Assembly (NCBI RefSeq): GCF_052425735.1 | Contig: NC_135759.1 | Span: forward strand, 26,412,001-26,476,000 | Direction: 5' to 3' | DNA length: 64,000 nucleotides | Source of the DNA: Oculina patagonica | Lineage: Eukaryota | Shown: positions 12,433-23,102 of the stretch, piece after piece | Layout of the letters: the number at the start of each line of letters is the position of its first letter | Position numbering within the stretch: position 1 is the first letter of the stretch | Made by a program: the position numbers and the translations under genes | Notes under the pieces: generated by a model | The model's input: the letters and a program-made list of their open reading frames with translations, nothing else | What the model was told of the DNA's origin: nothing | Database searches by the model: none

Positions 12433-12982
12433 AGGAACTTAGAACGTGTTATGATTACGCATGCGTCAACAAAGTCAAGATAGATCCTCGTCCCCAGGGG
12501 GTCTTCGTCGAGAATGCGGACCAGGTGCCTTGTAGCCGCGCAAAAGCAATTTGGATCATGCGCATTTGTGCTGTGGCATATAATGGATACCCAATCATTT
12601 GCTCTGATTGAATGTTAAACATGTTTATTTTCCAAGATACCTCAAAAAAGGCAAATGTCAGATAAAACAAAGGATCGTATCAGGCGCCTGCCCGCTGGTT
12701 ATTTTAACTATACCTATCCTAACCTGTTGCAGATGTGTTTTGAAGCAAAGCTAATTAATCTGAACTTATCTTATTGGCTCTAACCAAACTCTCCTTTTCT
12801 CGTTCATTAGTTGTGCTGCGGGATTATTTTAAAGCTCGAAAGAGTCCACATGTTCCATGAGTTTGACACACGTCCTTAATTGTTTGACTTAATTACACTT
12901 TGCTCACGAACGGTAGAGTGCAATAAGCAAAGGCAGATCCCAACCAAACTGTTTTAACAGTGTCTACACACGTTTTGTGATT

Positions 12983-13903
12983 TCAGGCCTCTTGATTGGT
13001 GTTCAGGCATGGCAGTTTGATGTCAATCTTTTTCGCCTGAATATGATTTGTCGCTACGTCTTGGCTTTCTGAGACACATAAAGAACACTTAGCAGCTGGT
13101 AAATTGTCTTCCAGGTTCGCCACTATGTCTTTCTGGGGTTTGACTCTCTTGCTTTCGCTTTTGCATGTTTGACGCAGTGAGTCGCAATGTACACTTTGTT
13201 TCCTTTCCCTTCCACTATACCAGGTTTGTATGGAGTTTAAATCAGGCATGGAAACATGCCTTTCCAAAGCCTTTTGTGGCACTGCTTCTAAACAGACAGG
13301 CGTATTGTTGTGCTTCCTACTCTCCTTATGATTATTCGCAAGAAACTTGGTGCTGAAAGTTCTTCGAAACAGAATCGCCTGTTGAACAGTCATGCCTGGA
13401 ACATCACATTTATCAGCTGAGCTTTGTTCAATCTTCAGCGCGTTTTTGTACTTGTAAAGTTGAGCTGGCGGAGACCTACCACGAAATGCGGGAGACGAGT
13501 AGCCCCACCTTTGACTGTGCTCATGAATGCCCCAGCTCGACTCGTCCTTACGTTTTATCTTGGTCACATTGGAGCGCGTTCTTTTAGATGAACTCTCTTT
13601 GCTAACAGGAAATCCAACAGGCTTGAATCCCCAGCTACTCACACGCGGCGGAGAACTGCCATCGACTCCAAACACAGCTGGAATGAGAGCGAAGCGTACC
13701 CTCCGGTTTTCGGTTTTTCCAAATTCGCTTTTGCGCTTGGATAGCTGTGTACAAATTGACATGACTTCAATGGCAGGTAGAAAGTCCTCAAACGAGTCGT
13801 CACTTGCCTGTGATCTGCTTCGAAACTCTTGTATGTCAAAGCATGGTGATGCTGGTGACTTCCGCGGACTTTGGGGAAATTCAACAGAGGTCGCCATCGG
13901 CAT
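12983..13903 (-). CDS. Intronless orphan ORF B (~306 aa from first ATG), S/K/R-rich
   Basis: Open frame of more than 900 nt. Contains RRVRF (RVxF), CSLC and C-terminal KKIDIKLP. Confidence 0.65.
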   Translation of the reverse strand: MPMATSVEFPQSPRKSPASPCFDIQEFRSRSQASDDSFEDFLPAIEVMSICTQLSKRKSEFGKTENRRVRFALIPAVFGVDGSSPPRVSSWGFKPVGFPVSKESSSKRTRSNVTKIKRKDESSWGIHEHSQRWGYSSPAFRGRSPPAQLYKYKNALKIEQSSADKCDVPGMTVQQAILFRRTFSTKFLANNHKESRKHNNTPVCLEAVPQKALERHVSMPDLNSIQTWYSGRERKQSVHCDSLRQTCKSESKRVKPQKDIVANLEDNLPAAKCSLCVSESQDVATNHIQAKKIDIKLPCLNTNQEA

Positions 13904-14925
13904 TAACCTGTGATTATCCACAGAGTCAGTAAAATGCAGTTACATGAATTTTTAGGTATATGATTGAAGTGGTTTATTAAAGTTGTATTACTGAAAAGGA
14001 CATTTTCGTATCTGACTTTTTGAAATTTACACCATATTTACAAACCAAATCAACTTTGTTCGCAATAGGTTCGCCCAAACCGCTTTATAGTCGATCGAAG
14101 CTAAGTCCGCTAGAGAGAGCTGTAATTTTAAACCTTCAATATTAAAACTATCTATCTATCTGGCTGGTCAAGCCAAGAATTGGTGCCTTGTTGTTGGCAC
14201 GGCGAAACCAGCCTTGTTACATCACTGGTTGTAGTGCTTTGCCCCTTCTCCCTCAAATATCTTCCTTGTAATTGTTATTACTTACTTATTATCGCCGTCC
14301 TATAGGTTTTGTGCGAATAAAAACTGAAAAAAACTAAATACATGTATAAAGGGTTTCAGCCTGTCGCTGATGCAAAAACTACCTTTCTGCACTGATGTCG
14401 ACGGTATTGTTATGCCCGACCAGCAAAAGTTCTGATTTAAACAAGACGTTGCAGCAATTGCTTTATAACTAGCCAAGTCATGCACATCGCACAAACAGAG
14501 AAATTTACCTTGCAGTGAAAAATGTCGTTTACGTATTTCCACTTGCCTAGGATTTAACCAACTTTTAAATCTTCTTGTTTACTTCGTCTTCTTAGCTGTC
14601 TCTAAGATTGAACTCTGTTTAATCAGACCCTCAGTAATCCTTCTGTGTGGGGGTATTATTAAGGTATTTGCATCGTTTTCATTTGTGATCTGATTGTTTT
14701 AATGAAAATGCAGACACCGGATTTATAGAGCTAACAAGTGAATGGAAAGTTGATTGATCAAAAGGCGTCGCGACCGATAGACAATGGAAAATGGGATTAA
14801 ACTAAGGATTACAGGTGCTGTCTATGTTGATTAAAATGAGTTCTTTATTTTTTTGTTTATTTATCGGCACGCATGATCCAATCTTGTACATTTGTTGCAC
14901 CCAAATTTCATTTCAAAATGATTAT

Positions 14926-15382
14926 CGGTGCTGGGCCGCGTCTTGCGATATAGTTTAAAGCAATGGATCTCAAAGTGGCACAGGCAAGGTCTTTCTTGGA
15001 ATAGTATATTCGTAGTACTACGAATATTGTTATCACTACAGAAGAGTCAGTTTCAATCCCTTATGAAGACTCATGCTTCAAAATTGGCCCGCTTAGTCTA
15101 CAAAAAAGTAGGCGTTGACAAACACATCAACAACTTATCGTCCTACCATCTATCGTTCTTCGAAAAACTTGTCCTATGCAGAGGACTACAACTTGCAATA
15201 CCTCAACAAGCATCTCCTCGAGATATTCAAGCAAGTTTTTAAAAAGCGTTTTGGAAGTTCGAACCACTGCTTCTATCAGATTCCAAGAAAGACCTTGCCA
15301 GTGCCACTTTGAGATCCATTGCTTTAAACTATATCGCAAGACGCGGTTCAACACCACCTAAAGCTCTGTTACAGGCCATTAA
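14926..15382 (+). mobile_element. Penelope-like retroelement fragment with 5' inverted segment
   Basis: Degenerate peptide NLSSYHLSFFEKLVLCRGLQLAIP..DIQASF*KAFWK resembles the region N-terminal to the RT in PLEs. 14926-15003 is the reverse complement of ~15280-15358. 12-bp direct repeat CAAAATGATTAT at 14914-14925 and 15383-15394. Confidence 0.7.
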
Positions 15383-16130
15383 CAAAATGATTATTCCTTT
15401 ATTAAATACCTAAGGTATTTTCCGGACGATGTTTTTTTTCGTGTTTTGGATTGCAATACAGCTTTTTCTAATTAAACAGAAAAGAAAACCACGAACCAAT
15501 ATCACAACTAAAAAATCATGCAACTGGTGACAGTTAGTTTTTAGTCACTGGCTGGTTGAAAAAAAAATCAATTCTGATTGATTAGAGCATGTGGCGCGAG
15601 TTCTTTGGACCCCAGTTACAGACTTCAGCAGACACAAAACAAACTGAGCGAAGTGCTTTCTAATTTTAAGCTCATCTGGAATGCAAAACGCAAAACGTTG
15701 GTTGGCCAGTCTGAAGCCTTTACTCACCTTTCCAGTGTTTGAATAGCCTTCGTTTCTCCATGCATGCGACCAAACTGATTTACTATAATGTTTGGAAAGA
15801 TGACTTACGAACATGCAGGCTTGTTTTTTATTAGTTCAGTAATTCTGTTTTACTGTGCCCAAGTATACAGTTGAAATTAAAGAGGCAAAGTCAATGGCTG
15901 ATGATCTCCAGATCAAAGAAAAAAAAACTCAAAATAATAGTCTGCTTAGACTAGGTTAGCCTCACACGCAGTCGGGGGCTGAGACTGGGTTGATAAGCAC
16001 CAATCAGGTAGTAATAAACGACGATGAAACCAGTAATGTGAAAGAAAAAACTGACGGATTGATTACGAACAAAAAATTCGAGCGGAATTTTTTTTAAAAC
16101 ATATTTTTTTAAAAACGTGACGCTGCTGTA

Positions 16131-16608
16131 CACTTAGTTGATATGTAGCTATTTTGTCCATTCACCGCTACAAAGGTCACTCAATATTACTTCTCAGATA
16201 CTTCAAAACACGCATTCTTGGTTGACAAACACTTCACAAAGTTGGATTTCGATTGGATTGAATTTACTTTCATTGTTTTTAAACGTGATCTCAAACACGA
16301 GCTACTAAGTTAGTTCTCATTTACTCGCAAACAAAAAAACCAATAAACCCGACAAAACCATATTTATAATTTTCGTTTGAAAGTGAAAACGCATACATAT
16401 AAACTGTAAATACAACAATAAGTTTTTCAATTTATTTGGCAACTAATTGTGTTGCGGTAACTCTTAAGCTTATATATAAACATTCCGCAATTATTAATTT
16501 GAACGAGTCTTATTGGTGCTCAAGACTAACTATATCGTAAACAGAACAACGATCGCTAGCGGGGTTTACTGATACCTTAGTCAAATTTGTATTGTTTATT
16601 TGGTGACT
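16131..16608 (+). repeat. Diverged duplicate of the upstream region of orphan ORF C (partner ~19487-19967)
   Basis: Colinear shared blocks: TAGTTGATATGTAGCTATTT, CTACAAAGGTCA.TCAATATTACTT, GTTGACAAACACTTCACA, CATTGTTTTTAAACGTGATC, TTGAAAGTGAAAACGCA, AATTGTGTTGCGGTAA, ATATTGTTTATTTGGT. Confidence 0.85.
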
Positions 16609-17086
16609 TATTACTGAACAGGATGTGATTGTGACCATATACCGTACTTGGGTTGTTTCTTATTAAACACGGGGCACGGGGTATTCACAACGTCAGTTCT
16701 ATTTGACCACAACCAATATCAGTTGTGTTGATATTGAACAACTCTTCCACATTCTGTATAATTCATGTATAAAGAGCTCAGGAAAACATTCATATTTGTT
16801 TTTCACTCATTGTTTTTATTTCGAATTCTCCTTTCAATTTAAGATGTGTTTACAAGTCATTGTGTGTTATCTTGCAGCGAGTTCCACGCTATTCAGCTAT
16901 GATTATGTGATTCACCGTACAAGTGCCAGTGTTCTCCTCACAATCAGTTTATATGCTACAAATTACAAGACAAAATACATGCATAGAGTTCAATCAGGTT
17001 TTGATCAGAATGCGTTAAAAAGTCTGACTCAGTTCATTGAGTTAAGCGAGGTCTGTCCAGTCCTTCATACTTGGATTGACAGTTTA

Positions 17087-17428
17087 TTAACGTCTCAGCC
17101 CGTTGTCTTCAATTAGCTTCTCTTCAGCATTCTCCTGATGCTCCGCACAGCATTCCATGCCGACGGTATCGGTATTCTGCCCTTCACGATCGGTATAATA
17201 CACCACAACTACTCTAACCATCCGCACCTTCTTTTTATCTCCTTGTTTTCTCCATCTACACTCATTGTCCATTAAATTGTGAGACATCGCTTTTACTTCC
17301 ACACGTTTGACTTCGTTCTTCCTATCCATCTTCACTAATGACAAAGCAAGCGTATTATGCGTGAGGAGATCAACAGGAGGAGACAGATATGTATTTTCTT
17401 TCAATCGCGTGACCTCAAATTTGATCAT
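17087..17428 (-). CDS. Possible small orphan ORF (80-113 aa)
   Basis: K/E/R-rich open frame with internal ATG at 17329 (MDRKNE...). CRE palindrome TGACGTCA at 17433 and X-box-like GTTCCCTAACAAC at 17516 lie just upstream. Confidence 0.3.
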   Translation of the reverse strand: MIKFEVTRLKENTYLSPPVDLLTHNTLALSLVKMDRKNEVKRVEVKAMSHNLMDNECRWRKQGDKKKVRMVRVVVVYYTDREGQNTDTVGMECCAEHQENAEEKLIEDNGLRR

Positions 17429-17579
17429 TCCATGACGTCATAGACTTCCTGCTTTTCTGAGAAACACATCCATACATCTGCTGGTCACATGGATAACAAT
17501 AGAATGCATACCAGAGTTCCCTAACAACCGACGGGTTTGAATGTAGATTTTATGTTTGCCTCAAGTGCTCGTAATTTAA

Positions 17580-18205
17580 TATCTTCGAATGATATTCATT
17601 GGAATAACTACTTTAAGGAAATCAAATTTATGTGCATAGAGAACAAACTTAAATAATTTTACTTCAAACTCGCTCATAGGATACTTGTTTCCAAAAAAGA
17701 ACTTTACCTCTTTGGAGTATCGAACAACTCGGACTGTACCTACTGCGGCTAGCCAGACTCGATAAGCCATACTTTCATCGAGTGCCACCTTTCTAAACTG
17801 AATTCTTACATAAAGTTTTACAACACTTCAATGAAGAAAACGGCACCTCCTTTACGCAAAGTGATGAAGAACTTCTCTTTGGTAAATTCCTAAATTCTGG
17901 TAATCTGCAACGACACCGTCTACAAAAGAAATTAAACTACTGCATGCTATTGAAAAGTATTACCTTTACAATCAGAAACTTAATAAAACAGTCTGAGGTA
18001 AATGAATTCGCTAGAAAGCTTAATTTCAAATACCGCGTACGTAGAGAAATTGATATAAAAATTAAGACTAGTTAAAAGTTATTGTTAGTTGCTAGGCTTT
18101 ATCAGTTAAATTATGTAACTTGATGTATTCTGTCTTCCTTTTTTTGTATGTGCCTTTTTTCACTTTCTGTAACATGTGTGATATTAAATAAATGTATAAA
18201 AAAAA
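17580..18205 (+). mobile_element. L1/Tx1-type LINE 3' remnant
   Basis: Stop-interrupted peptide ENKLK*FYFKLAHRILVSKKELYLFG..SDCTYCG*PDSISHTFIEC matches the C-terminal zf-RVT CCHC of L1/Tx1 ORF2. Ends in AATAAA plus an A-run near 18187-18205. Confidence 0.75.
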
Positions 18206-18554
18206 TATGCGTTGACGTCATGGGGTTATAAAAGCCAACCCCTTTCAAAATAGCCCCAAAAGCGATAATGAACACATTGGACTACTCGGAACGAACCGAG
18301 GATATGCAATTTGACGATACTTATTTAAACTCAGGGTATCGAATAAAAAAATGTTTTGTGAAACATTTGAGAAGAAAAATAAGCGATAGGAAAATAGAAC
18401 GACGTTTCGATGACGCCATGTCATCATTATCAAGTTAAAATTATAATACGGAGTTCAGGCTTATATAGTGATCTAGGGTGTGATAATATATTAGCATATT
18501 AAGATTTTAATTAAATAAACAGTTTAGCACGCACAGAATCTGATTGCGTGTTAA

Positions 18555-18812
18555 AGGGACATGGTCAGCCTTCTTACCACGCTGACCTGGACACTAGTTT
18601 TCACGTTTTGAAAAAAGACCACTGTGGACTTTTTTCAAAACGAGCCATCAGAAATCTGCTTTAATCTTCTCAGTGTTTCACTAAATGGGAAAATTTAGAA
18701 GAAAAAAAAAACACTGAGAAGATTGAAGCAGATTTCTTAAGGTTCTCTACGCGTATTTTGATTTTGGGTTAAGGTGGACTTTTTTCAAAACGTGAACGCT
18801 GACCATGTCCCT
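18555..18812. mobile_element. MITE with TTAA TSD (Kolobok-type ends)
   Basis: TTAA-AGGGACATGGTCAGC ... GCTGACCATGTCCCT-TTAA, followed by a 50-bp-period tandem duplication (18813-18907). Confidence 0.8.
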
Positions 18813-20076
18813 TTAAGTTTCGGCTTTATGTTTCTAATAAAGAGCATTTCGTAAATTGAATGTTAAGTTTCGGCTTTATGTTTCTAATAAAGAGCATTTC
18901 GTAAATTAATTAATTCCGCCACGATCCTCCGCCATTTTGTTTCTCATGCCCGCGCGCCTTCGTTTCTGTATCCAGCTGTCTCCTGCGAATCTAACAAGCG
19001 ACTTGGAGCAAGTCTAGAACAAGTTATGCGGAAGGACGAGTTGACGGATTACGAAAAACGAACTTGAGAAATTTACGTGAAGCATCAGGGAAATGGTCAA
19101 AACTATTGTACTCAGACAAGACCCACCACTCTGCAAAAAGACAGGTGGTCTCTTCATGTACCCCCTTTCCCCACCTTAAAAGATGGTGTCTTGTTTGTAT
19201 AGCCCCCACTCTATCAGGAGTAGAAACTAAGAAAAAAATTTCAAACCTCCTTGTGCCATTTCTCCAGCAAGGCAAGCTTCATGCACACCTAATATGAAAG
19301 TCTCAACTCAAATTTTAAGGCCAATAAATTTTGTCCATTTGGCTAATCAGACAGGTGGTATCTTGCATAGCCCGCCCCCTACACAAGGTGGTTCCTCATC
19401 GAGTACACTTGTTATGACCACTTCCCTAAGCGTGCTTCCGCGCGTGACGGAGCTTCGTTTATAACTTTATGCTTATGTGGTTTACTCACGTAGTTGATAT
19501 GTAGCTATTTATGTCCATTTACCACTACAAAGGTCAGTCAATATTACTTAAAACACTTAAAGACGGCAGTGATTGATGGCAAATAGTTGACAAACACTTC
19601 ACACAGTTTGATCTCGATTGGATTGAACTGATATTGTCATTGTTTTTAAACGTGATCGCAAACAAGAGCCGTTAAGTTCGTTCTCAGTTATTTGGAATGT
19701 TAAGTCATTAAAAATAAATTTCAACAATCAGCCAATAAATCTGACAAAACCTAATTACTTTTCACTCACACAATTGAAAGTGAAAACGCACACATAACTG
19801 TAAACACAACAATGAGTTATTAGAATTTATACATGACAAACAATTGTGTTGCGGTAATTCTTAAGCTAATAAATATTCCGCAATTATCAATTTGAACGAA
19901 TCGTATTGGCGTTCAAGAAGAAAAGAATTTCCTTTGTTAAACAAATTTATATTGTTTATTTGGTAACACGCAAAGAGACCTCAACATAAGCTAACGGCGT
20001 GGGACATCAACACAAGAGAAATAACTGCAGCTATGTATTTTAAATGCTTGAATAAAAGTATTCTTTTTATGGTGTA

Positions 20077-20997
20077 ATGGATAGAAAGTCTACAGGCACA
20101 AAAACATCAAAAGACCAATCAATTGAGCAGGCATTAAGGAGGCTTAAATATTTACACACTTCGCTTATGCCACACGAAGCAAGCACAAGTCAAAATGAAC
20201 ATAAAATTGACGACAAAATTTTATTGACCAAAGGTTTGCAGCCGGGAATCGAGAAACCATTTACCAGGGCTAGAAGAACTCCAGAGAAACAATGTTTTCT
20301 ATCTTTACAGCCCAAGACTTCAAGGACGCCTGGAGAAAAAGCTAAAACCCGGGTCGTTAAGCGTAAACAAGAGAAGAAAACGAAAGCTCTTCGAACAGGC
20401 CGTGCGCCATTACAGGCTTATCGCCCAACAAGTTCTTCAGTGGCAGGAGATGAAACACTTGAAACGAAAAGCGACAATGGAATAATTCTGAAAGATTACA
20501 CTGTCGGTACTGAAGAACGTACTACTCAGTCGGCGTCAGGGACGTTCTGCACCGCTGACCCTTACAAATGCGTTCAGTGTTTCACGAACAACTTTAGTGA
20601 GCACGCTCACAGGAAGAAAGCGACCAGACAGTATTTTACAAACATGAGGATCAATCGTGTTACTTTCTCTGCTCGGCCGAGTGGCCACAAGGTCAAGTCA
20701 GTACGTGAAAACAAAATTGAAGTTCCTAAAAGTTGTTTCTTTAATGGCTGGGGCGTGCGGTCTAAGAAGGAATCTTTACCAAACGGGAACACAAACAACG
20801 ATTTAAAACGACAAGCCGCGAAGGAAACCATGGATGTGACTGTCGGTTTAAAGACTCTTAGACTAGAACCCAAGAGAGTACAACATGAATACACTGAGCA
20901 AACAATCCCCCAGCCCCCTCCCACACCTGTTCGACAAATTGACATCAAGCTACCTCAAGGGGTAATGGTAAGGTATCAATTGCCAGAAGACGATTAA
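20077..20997 (+). CDS. Intronless orphan ORF C (306 aa), basic
   Basis: ATG in good context (GTAATGG), 921-nt frame, AATAAA at ~21060. Contains CVQC, NRVTF (RVxF), PQPPPTP and C-terminal RQIDIKLP. Confidence 0.7.
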   Translation: MDRKSTGTKTSKDQSIEQALRRLKYLHTSLMPHEASTSQNEHKIDDKILLTKGLQPGIEKPFTRARRTPEKQCFLSLQPKTSRTPGEKAKTRVVKRKQEKKTKALRTGRAPLQAYRPTSSSVAGDETLETKSDNGIILKDYTVGTEERTTQSASGTFCTADPYKCVQCFTNNFSEHAHRKKATRQYFTNMRINRVTFSARPSGHKVKSVRENKIEVPKSCFFNGWGVRSKKESLPNGNTNNDLKRQAAKETMDVTVGLKTLRLEPKRVQHEYTEQTIPQPPPTPVRQIDIKLPQGVMVRYQLPEDD

Positions 20998-22109
20998 CTG
21001 ACTGTAGACATCTGAAATTATGGCAAGAAGAGGAGAAGTAAAAATGATCATCTTATTCCAATAAATCAGTACTGATCAGGTAACTAAATTCTCCTCACTA
21101 TATCTAATACAGTCCGAAATATATTCAGACTCTACGAGTTTTCGTAGTGCAAGCTAGATAGTTAATATAAACAAACTATATTGAGACCAGAAAGGCTACT
21201 TTCTAAATATTGAGGACTCTTGAAAGGGTTTAGCTCCCTGTATTGTGAGAAGCGTGTCATGGGTTCTGGCACTGGTTGTTCATTCAGTTACAAATCAGTA
21301 TCAAATATTATGAAAACTGTAAACTGTGATCGTTTTGTTGGTGACACTGGCCATTAATTTATCGATGTTAAACAAATTTGTATTCCACTGTTTCAATAAA
21401 GATTATATTTACTTAAAAAATCTGTCAGTGAAAATCTTTGTTTTAATATATGGACAGTTATGCAGCTGGCAAACATCAAGGTTCCCAATGGGCTATAAAT
21501 TCTTCCAGCCCAAGCTTTAGACTCTGTAGTGGAGAATTTTCTGTGGCAATCAGAGAAATTCATCTGCTTGAAAATGAAACAAAACTGCTGCAAACAAGGG
21601 AAAGGACGACAAACACGATTACAAAGGATTTAAGGGAGCTAAAAATGAGTTTTCAAAGTTGAAAGTTTGTCTTTTAGAGTTTTTCATTATGTTTACAAAT
21701 TAGTCACGTGATAAAATTTAGTTTTATCATATTAATTATCTAGATTTACAAAGGCAGTTAATTGTATAGAAAGTAACATTCTTTTAAACGGGCATTGTCC
21801 TTACAATATTGGCATTTAAACGCTTTACAGTATTATAGAACAATATGGGAGAATTCGCGCTTTTGTTTTGAATTAACAAAGACTGTCGATTTAAGAAAAT
21901 TCTGCTTCTAAAGATAAATCGAGTGTTAAACACTTTTAAGGACCGATGGAAATAAACCGCCATTTGAGGTCCTAAAATGTGTGCTACCCGCTAAAAAAGT
22001 ACTTCATAAGAAAATTAGAGCGACATATATTAATATTTTCTGCATCAGGTACAGTCAGTAAATAAATGTCATATTTTTGCTTAATTTAAATATTTCACGA
22101 CAACAACTA

Positions 22110-23102
22110 TTAATTATTGATATCGTTTACATCTTCTTTGGACCTGGTGCTCTGTGTTGAAATGGGAGAATATAGATGAATTTCGTGTAGAAATTCACTA
22201 AAATGTACGTTTCGTTTATATTTTGGTTGCGAATCTTCAATTTCAGTAACACCATTTTGTATTTCTTTCGGTCTGACTCCTTCAATCGACAAACTTCCGC
22301 TCTCAAGTTCATTCCACTTTGCTAAGCGATAGGGTGGAATTTCAATATTTACAAAAGGCACTAGCCAAAGATGCCCTTCATCAGTACTTATTGCCTCGGA
22401 AGATAAGTTTATTTCTCTCGGCGGTGTGATACGTGGAATTTTCGGAACGCCTGATATCGAAGAAGAGTTAACGCCATTGCCAAAGTCGTGAAGCATAAAA
22501 TGGTCTCTAGGCAACTGTCGAACAGTTAAACAAGTCTCTGCAGTAAACGTGCTCGGCTCGTTACGAGAATTTTGCGGATTGCGTTTCTTCTTTCGGTGTG
22601 GTTTAATAGTATTAACTTTGCTGTCCTTAATTTTAGGCAACGGCGGCATTTTTGGGAGCGTTGTGTAAAATATTTCTTTATTTTCTGGTGGTATACCCTC
22701 CAATTTCGGCAACACAAGTTGCGCGCGATCTTCGGAGTGAGTCACAATGCGGTCGTCAACAAAATTACCATTAGCATCACTTTTAACAAGAAGCTGCTTC
22801 AAATAATCTTTGTCATTAAAATAAATCGGTTTCGATAAGTCCTCATGCTGATGTTTTGGTGAAGCTTTCTTGCGCCGTGCACGCGATTCTGTTAATCCGT
22901 TGTTAGACACTAGTTCCTCGCAAGCTTGTGGCTTTCTGTTGGCTTGTTTCTCGTCAGCCCTGTTTGTGTCGGATAATCCTTTTCTAAATATGCGCACAGC
23001 CTTTTCTTCATAGCGTCTATGTAACAGTAACAGTTCCTGAACCTCTTTGTAACTCCTTTTATCCTTCACTGCTGTAGGAGAACCGGTCAAAGCGAGTGGC
23101 AT
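22110..23102 (-). CDS. Intronless orphan ORF D (330 aa), candidate PP1-interacting protein
   Basis: 993-nt frame with basic NLS-like clusters, VNIEIPP and C-terminal KRNVHFSEFLHEIHLY (RVxF plus hydrophobic pair). Confidence 0.7.
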   Translation of the reverse strand: MPLALTGSPTAVKDKRSYKEVQELLLLHRRYEEKAVRIFRKGLSDTNRADEKQANRKPQACEELVSNNGLTESRARRKKASPKHQHEDLSKPIYFNDKDYLKQLLVKSDANGNFVDDRIVTHSEDRAQLVLPKLEGIPPENKEIFYTTLPKMPPLPKIKDSKVNTIKPHRKKKRNPQNSRNEPSTFTAETCLTVRQLPRDHFMLHDFGNGVNSSSISGVPKIPRITPPREINLSSEAISTDEGHLWLVPFVNIEIPPYRLAKWNELESGSLSIEGVRPKEIQNGVTEIEDSQPKYKRNVHFSEFLHEIHLYSPISTQSTRSKEDVNDINN

